A stretch of 64,000 nucleotides of DNA. It comes from Antechinus flavipes. Lineage: Eukaryota. Each line of letters starts with the position of its first letter. The first letter of the stretch is position 1. The stretch is from positions 247,442,001 to 247,506,000 of the forward strand of contig NC_067403.1 in assembly GCF_016432865.1 (NCBI RefSeq), read 5' to 3'. The notes beneath the pieces are model-generated. The model was not told the origin of the DNA. It saw only the letters and a program-made list of their open reading frames with translations, and did not search any database. Positions 57,501-64,000 of this stretch are shown piece by piece. The translations under genes were made by a program, and so were the position numbers.

Positions 57501-60500
57501 ACATGGGGATCTAGCGGCTCTTCGGGATTGGAGAATGTGAATTCTGGTCATTATCTTTTTTTTTTTTAAATCCCAGTACATTTAGGGTTTAAGGCTTGAT
57601 ACTGTGATTTTTAATGGTGTATAAGACTATGTCACAGAATGTGTGGATTTTTGGAAGATTTCGTGTGGGAGAAGGGAGTAAAAAAGGATGGTACTCTTAT
57701 AAAAACATCCCCGTGGATATTTTTGTGTACCATTAGCACGTTCATTGCTTAAACTTTCTTGGGGGCTTAGGAGCAAAGAATATAAATTCTCAAAAGAAGT
57801 GGCCAAGGTCTTTTTTCAGATTATTAACTGTCAGATCTATCCTTTGCCAAAGACAGAGAGGAGTGAAGTTCTGGGGCCCTTATTCCAGACCTCCTCCCAA
57901 GAAAGACCCCCACTGCTGAGCACTGATGACACTTAATGAGAAATGGCAGGGATCAGAGCTTTTTGTTTCAGCGTGGAAGCTCTGTCTCTGCAGTTTTCTT
58001 GAAATAATTTTTACCTTTTTTGTCTAGACCGAAACAACACCTGTGGTGCACTATTTGGCTTCCTTCTCTTCCCAACTCCCTCATTTCATTGTTGTTCCAG
58101 CCTACTTTCTATCTCAGCCCTATCCCTTCTCACATTGTAGATTGGGTGACTGAGCCTTCAACCTCTTGCCAAGCTGGCTGTTTTGTGAGCTCTCACACAC
58201 AAGCCCCCCTTTGACTGGCCAGGAGGACAGCTGCCCTGGAGGCAGATTGTTAACATACCTCTGGAACAATCCCTTCCCTCTGTCCTTCGGTCTATCAGCA
58301 CTGTTTTCTTTCTTTGCCTAGCTTTCTATCCCAACTCTCCAGAGTTTCCTGCTTTTGACCTGATCAGAAAAGAGCTTTACTTGTGGGGTTTGGCTTTTTG
58401 AAATGGTGGTGACCAGTGAGTCACCTGTCTTGTATGCTGTTTCAGGGTCTGGCTTAACAATGGTGGAAGTGGTTTGTATGGCATTGTTAGTAACACTTTT
58501 TTCTCCTTGCACATATTTTTCAGTTCACCTTCCTGCCCTCAACAGCCTGTCCTTCGTGAAGTTTCTTTATGTTGTCACAGCTTAAAAGTCGGAGGAGGGG
58601 GAGGAGAGGGAAGACTGGGAATCTAGGTGTAAAGCAAGCTTTAATCCTGTGACTAAATAGGAACAGAGTGTTTGAGATGATAATCAGAATCTGAGGTTTG
58701 TTGCCTCTTCCCTATGTTCTCATCCATTTCCCTTTCAACCTTCTCAGGAAAAAAACTAGCTCACGGTAGTTACCAATCTCTCTGAATACTTTCCCCTCCC
58801 TGCCCCCCCCCTGTATATTCACTGCTATTCATCCCGGATTTTCCTATGATTCAAGGTTGTGAGCCAGGTTTCCCCTCCCTTCTCATTACTTAAGAAAGTA
58901 CGGATACAGAAGTACATCTCTTCTCTCTTAGCCTTCTTGTCAGTCCCTTTCTGAAGTTCTTGATTTTCTCTGTTGCATGTCCAAAGGGGAAGGAGCTTCC
59001 TTCGAGGCTGAAGGCAGATTAGAACTCCCAGTGGCTTTGGGACGAGTAAAGTGACAAACTAAATCTTCCTTGTCCTTTTTAGGATAGTTTTAAATTGTGG
59101 GAAACCTCAGAGAACAGGAAAGGGAGAGTTCTTAGTAATTAGCCTACCCTCCCCAGGAGAAAGTGGGCTTCAAAAAGTTATTTTTTTGTTTATCTCAGTA
59201 GTGTTGGGGCTTAGATGTTAACGGGGTGTCTATATGCTTTGTTTCTAGTATTGGAATGCATAAATCCCTGAAAGATTTAGAATAAGAGCTTACATTTGTA
59301 CTTTCCCAGACCTCTCTAATAATTGAAAAGGTATATCAACATCTGACTCTGGAAAAAAAAAAAGTTTCCTTTTCATTTCTCCTATGCTTTCTTTGTGCCC
59401 CATTGTATACCTGACTTTCTCCTTTAAATTTCTACGATAGGGAAAAGGAAAAGGCATTTAGCCTCTCCCCTGCCTCTGGCCTTACACCCTGACATCCCAC
59501 TCCTTCTAGCCTTTCCTTATCTTAGTTGTTTTTTTTTTTTCTTTTAAATCCGCCTCTCCTATGCTATTCCTTATAAGGCTAGGTGAAGTGCCTTTGGCTG
59601 GGACACAGGTAACAGTGTCTCAGACTTTCTGGACTTGGAGAATTCAGTGTTATCAGTCCCAAGTGGAGGGCCCTGGAGAGGCCCACAGAGAGTGGGGGAG
59701 GAGAAAGGGCGAGTTGGCTAGGCCTAAGCGATCCAAAGGACTTGTTAGACCAGTCCTGTGTGTGTCATACATGCTCTGGGGAGAAGCAGGTTTTGTTTCT
59801 TTCAGAAGCCTTTCAGAACCGGCCCCAGCTCTCTAGTTGAGAGCCACACCCTTTTTTTGCCACATTGCTGGTATAGCACCTCTCAGCCATTTCATTATAT
59901 ATGGTTTTAACTGTAAAGGCCCCACAGAATACTTAGAGGAAGCAAATGGAATTCCCATCTGGCCTACATCTTCTAAAGTAGCAGTTTTTTTTTTTTTTTT
60001 TTTTTTTTGTTTATTCCAGGTAAATCATAGTTGAAACCAGAAGGACTGATAGAGTACAGAGGTCAGAATAATAAACTGAACAGATTTAAGTACTATGTTG
60101 GCCCACAGCTATTATCCCACTCTCCTTTTGAGGTCTAGGTCTCAATGGAAGTGCCCTTCGGTACATAGACATAACTAAAAGGGGCATGGACAACACTCCA
60201 GTTTCTTAATTGAAAAATATGAAGTGACTTGGTTGCCTATGATCAGACAACTAGCGAACAATCCAGAAATCTGGTATTCTGCTCTTTGAGTCTTACAGTT
60301 GCCTCCTTATTTCAGACTTGCCTCCAGTTGTCAACACCAATCCATTCAGAATGTTTTTCTTTCTTAAGAGTGATTGCTCACACAACTTCATTTAACCATG
60401 AGGATTATTATTAAGATTTCCCTCTCTGTGCTTCCTCTAAGATCTTTTCATTTTCTTCTTGTTAGTGCTATAAGGGTACCAGATTTGGAATAAAGCAGAA

Positions 60501-61429
60501 CCACAGGGAAACATTGAAACTGCCCAAACCCAGGGAAAGGCTAATTCTCAAATACAGCACCCCCCACTCTCCCCCTTTGTGGCTGTAAGGGGAAAAGAGG
60601 AAATCGTTTGGGAAATCTTGTAGATGTGCCGTGTAGAAATGGGGTTTTAGAGTGAAAGAACATGATTTTTTTTTTTTTCCCCTGTTGCCATCATGGTACA
60701 GAATGTATCTCTTTAGGGGAAGAAAGTAGGAAACTCCTTTCTATCATAAGCAGATACCATTTTAGGGGGTAGAGGTAGTAGGAATGGGTTGATTTATAGA
60801 ATGAAACACAGGAAGAGAGATACTGGAATTCTTTTCATAGTGTGCAACCCCTATACAACTAGCAAAACTCAGGTGGCAGAATTTGAAACATTACCTCCAG
60901 TAGGAAACATTGCTTTCTGCTGAGATTATGGAAAGGTATTGATTTATGGTCCTTTACAGTAGCAAAGAAATGACTGTCCTTTTGGGTATGTTAAGGGTTC
61001 CCCAAGAATAAAAAATGGCATCCATGACCTTTGAGGCAAACACTAAGTAATTAAATGCTTCTAAAATTCCTTACAAGTCACAACATGGGAGGTCAAAACA
61101 CTGGGAATTCACTCTCTGGTTTGCTGTACACATCCACTCACAAACATTTAAGTAGAGAGTTTTATTTTTATGAAGTAGTACTACTTTATTGAAGAAGAGT
61201 GACTGAATTTGTGTGTTTTAAGCATTTAAAAATCAAGTTTGAGAGTAGTTACATGTGTTTGTTTGGTCCCAGTGATCGGAACTATGAGTGGTGGGGAGAA
61301 GTGTAAGCTCAACTTCATATTCCATATAAAGAAACATTTCTTTAAATTAGGGTTTCTTTTTCAGATAAGAATTGAACTAATTGGCCATTGAGACCCCTTC
61401 CAAATCTGATTTCTGTCCAAAAGGACAGT

Positions 61430-62440
61430 GGGTTACCTCTGAAGAGGGAAATGGGTTTTCCTCACTAAAGGAAGGCCTTCAAGGGAAGTCTAAATGATTG
61501 CTAGATGTTGCAGAGGAGATTCTGGATCAGGGACTGTTTAGACTAGGTAACTTGTGAGATGTTTCTTCACGTTCTGATTCTTTGACTTATGATTTTTAGA
61601 ATTGCCCAATTGCCTCAGCAAAAAAAAAATTTTTTTTAATGATTTTATAAGTCTTTTTTATTCACTAACTCAGAAGGCACTTCAGAATCCAGTGAGACCA
61701 ATCTGAACCTTAATAAGAATTCCCCTATGACATACACTCTATCTCCTTCCCATTCCACTTCCGGATAGCTTTAATTATTGGGGGTTTTTCCCCTCTATCT
61801 CAAGTCTAAATTTGCTTCTTTGCAATTACAATCTATTATTTCCAGGTCAATCCTCTGAGGTGAAGTAGAATAGGAAGAGCTGACACTGATATGCCACTTT
61901 AAAGGTTTTTCAAAGGTCTTACATGCATAATCTCATAATCCCTAAAATAATTTTTTTTTTTAAGATAAAGACTGAGAGGTTAAATGATTTGTTCACATTT
62001 AACACAACTAATGTCAGAGTCAGTATTTGAAACTAGTCTTCCTGACTCCAAGTTTAATACTGTGCTTGAATATGTCTCTAGGTTGAAAATGACTATTATA
62101 TCCCTATGTCTTCTCTTCACCAAACTAAATGTCTCAGTTCTTGCCACTTATTGATCCTCATTTGGCACTTTTCCATTATACCAATTTCCTTCCTGAAATG
62201 TGCCCAGAACTGAACACAAAACTTGACATGTGGTCTGATTGGGGCAGAGCTGGTCCTTGGCTTCTTCCCTCCAAACACTAAGCCACTGTTAATGCAGCTG
62301 AAGATTTAGTCACTTTTTTGGCTGCCATGTCACCCTGATGCCTACTGAAACTGCAGTCCACTAACACTTTCCTCTCCCCCATAGTTCTCATTAAATCTAA
62401 CTAGTGCTTAGCCATGCCTCTCTCAACTTGTGCTTTTGAA
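61430..62440. mobile_element. CR1/L3 fragments (3' end on plus at 61430-61580; antisense pieces to 62440) interrupted by a MIR-like SINE
   Basis: ttcctcactaaaggaaggccttcaag...ttctgattctttg; antisense ttttggctgccatgtcacc...ttgcagtccact-like text. Confidence 0.55.
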
Positions 62441-62689
62441 GATGATTTTGCTTTAATATAACGTGCTTATCTTAAGGACCACCTTAGATCTGAAATTCTC
62501 AAAAAGTTGAAGACATCATGAAGCTCTTATATGGTAATCTTGGAAGAATTAGAAGTGTGAGTACTTGTAAATGAGACTGAATTGGTGATCACTCCTATAG
62601 ATAAAATAAAGTAGGAAACTCCTTTCTATCATAAGCAGATACCAGTTATTAACAGGATTGAAAGTAGAATTAATTTGTCCTGTGTTTTT

Positions 62690-63290
62690 TAGATGGACCT
62701 AATTCATAGAAATCTCCACTAGCTCACCGTTGCTTCTAGGATTAAACAGAGTCCTCTGTCATTTAAAACCCTCCTCCGTCTAGCTCTCACATTCCTTTCC
62801 ACACTAAATCCCTATTATTCCCTGTCACCTGCTTTCCATTTCAGTCAAAATTGGTCTGTAGATCCTCTATAGATAGTCCGAAAGCACGGATCAGGTATTC
62901 TCTGCCAGACCCTCATCTCAAACTTTTTCCCCCTCAAAATCTTTTTTTTTTTTTTTAATTGTATTTTGTGATGACATACGACCTGTGGTTTTATTTAAGG
63001 AAGTCTCTAAAGAAGCATTATCAGTGTAGATAGACAACCATGCAACAATTTAAAACTTGAAGTTGTCGAGGGTGTTGAAGAGGTTATGGCTTGCATCAAA
63101 GGCAGATTTGGACCTATGTCTCTCTACAGTACCATATTGCCTCTGCTTTTATTTTTTCTCCCCACCCTTACCACAGGATGTAAGCTCCTTTAGGCTAGGA
63201 ATTGTTTGGGTTTTGAACCAGGTTTTTGTATATAACACTTTGCACCCTCTGCCAAACTTGGCCCCGAGTTGAATATGCAGAGACAGCAGT
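62690..63290 (+). mobile_element. L2 3' tail with adjacent SINE/L1 remnants (approximate)
   Basis: gctcaccgttgcttctaggattaaa...tgtaagctcctttaggctaggaattgttt. Confidence 0.45.
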
Positions 63291-64000
63291 GACAGAATTA
63301 GAATCCAGGGCTTTTAACTCCTAATTGTTGTTTCTACTCTAATTCTTGGTCCTATGCACCCGTAAAAATGTAATGTTTTTAGAACTGGATACGGTTTTTC
63401 TCATGTGTAGCTTTTGCTGTGGCTTATGTGTTGGAGTAGATCTAGCCGAGGGAAAGGAGGAAGCTGTTGTGGCTAGGAGGATTGTCATTGTGACCTATGG
63501 TAGTTATGGTTTGGGCCTTTCTTAGCAAAGAAAGATTACAGGGTGGAGGCTGTTGGTAGGAAATGCAACTGAGGTCCCACTGAAACTGAGGAGAAGAATT
63601 TTTGTTAGACTTAATCTGCTTGTCTTTATTTTTGGCCACATCAAAGCTTCAAAAAGACTTTTATGTGCATACTCAAGTATAAGGGGTCCAATATAACTTG
63701 GACAGGTTACTTACTAAAGACACTTTTCTTCGAACACAAATAAGAGACATAAACACAGCAGAGCTATGAAGGAAATTTCAGGAGGCTGGAGAATGGCTCT
63801 AGTTCTACTTGAAAGACATTTGTGAGATTTCAGTTTGGACAGGAAGTGGAACAAGAAAGGAGAACATGGTGTTCATGGGCAATGCTGTTGGGTTTGGGAA
63901 CTGCATTTAAAGTAGGAAGTGGCAGTCATAGAAGAAGGAGCAGGTGTGTTTGGCATAGAAGAACTGATGGGGCACCTGTTCTCTAGCCTCCTCTGGGCAT

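Overview
Vertebrate genomic DNA. The repeat content (Mar1-like CORE-SINEs, marsupial-type L1 3' UTRs, abundant L2/L3) suggests a marsupial, possibly a dasyurid; this is an inference. The window is syntenic to human 11q12.1. It holds the last two exons of ZDHHC5 (+), complete MED19 (-, 5 coding exons, 245 aa), complete TMX2 (+, 8 exons, 296 aa), complete SELENOH (+, 3 coding exons, 120 aa), complete BTBD18 (-, 2 coding exons, 722 aa), and the promoter, non-coding exon 1 and most of intron 1 of CTNND1 (+). SELENOH is hidden from the ORF track because it contains an in-frame TGA (selenocysteine, CxxU) decoded by a 3' UTR SECIS that can be folded by eye. All exon boundaries were read from GT/AG sites and checked for phase continuity. 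Most long ORFs in the track are GC-rich or antisense noise. Strongest leads: two MYC-like WDR5-binding/SIM-like acidic motifs at the BTBD18 C-terminus; a fragmented but near full-length CR1/L3 LINE, including ORF1, inside the BTBD18 intron; an upstream in-frame AUG adding a GGC-encoded poly-Gly/Ser tract to MED19; and a mirror-symmetric GGC/CCAAT bidirectional promoter. I found no convincing wholly new gene system. Family identifications rest on recalled orthologue and consensus sequences, not on searches.
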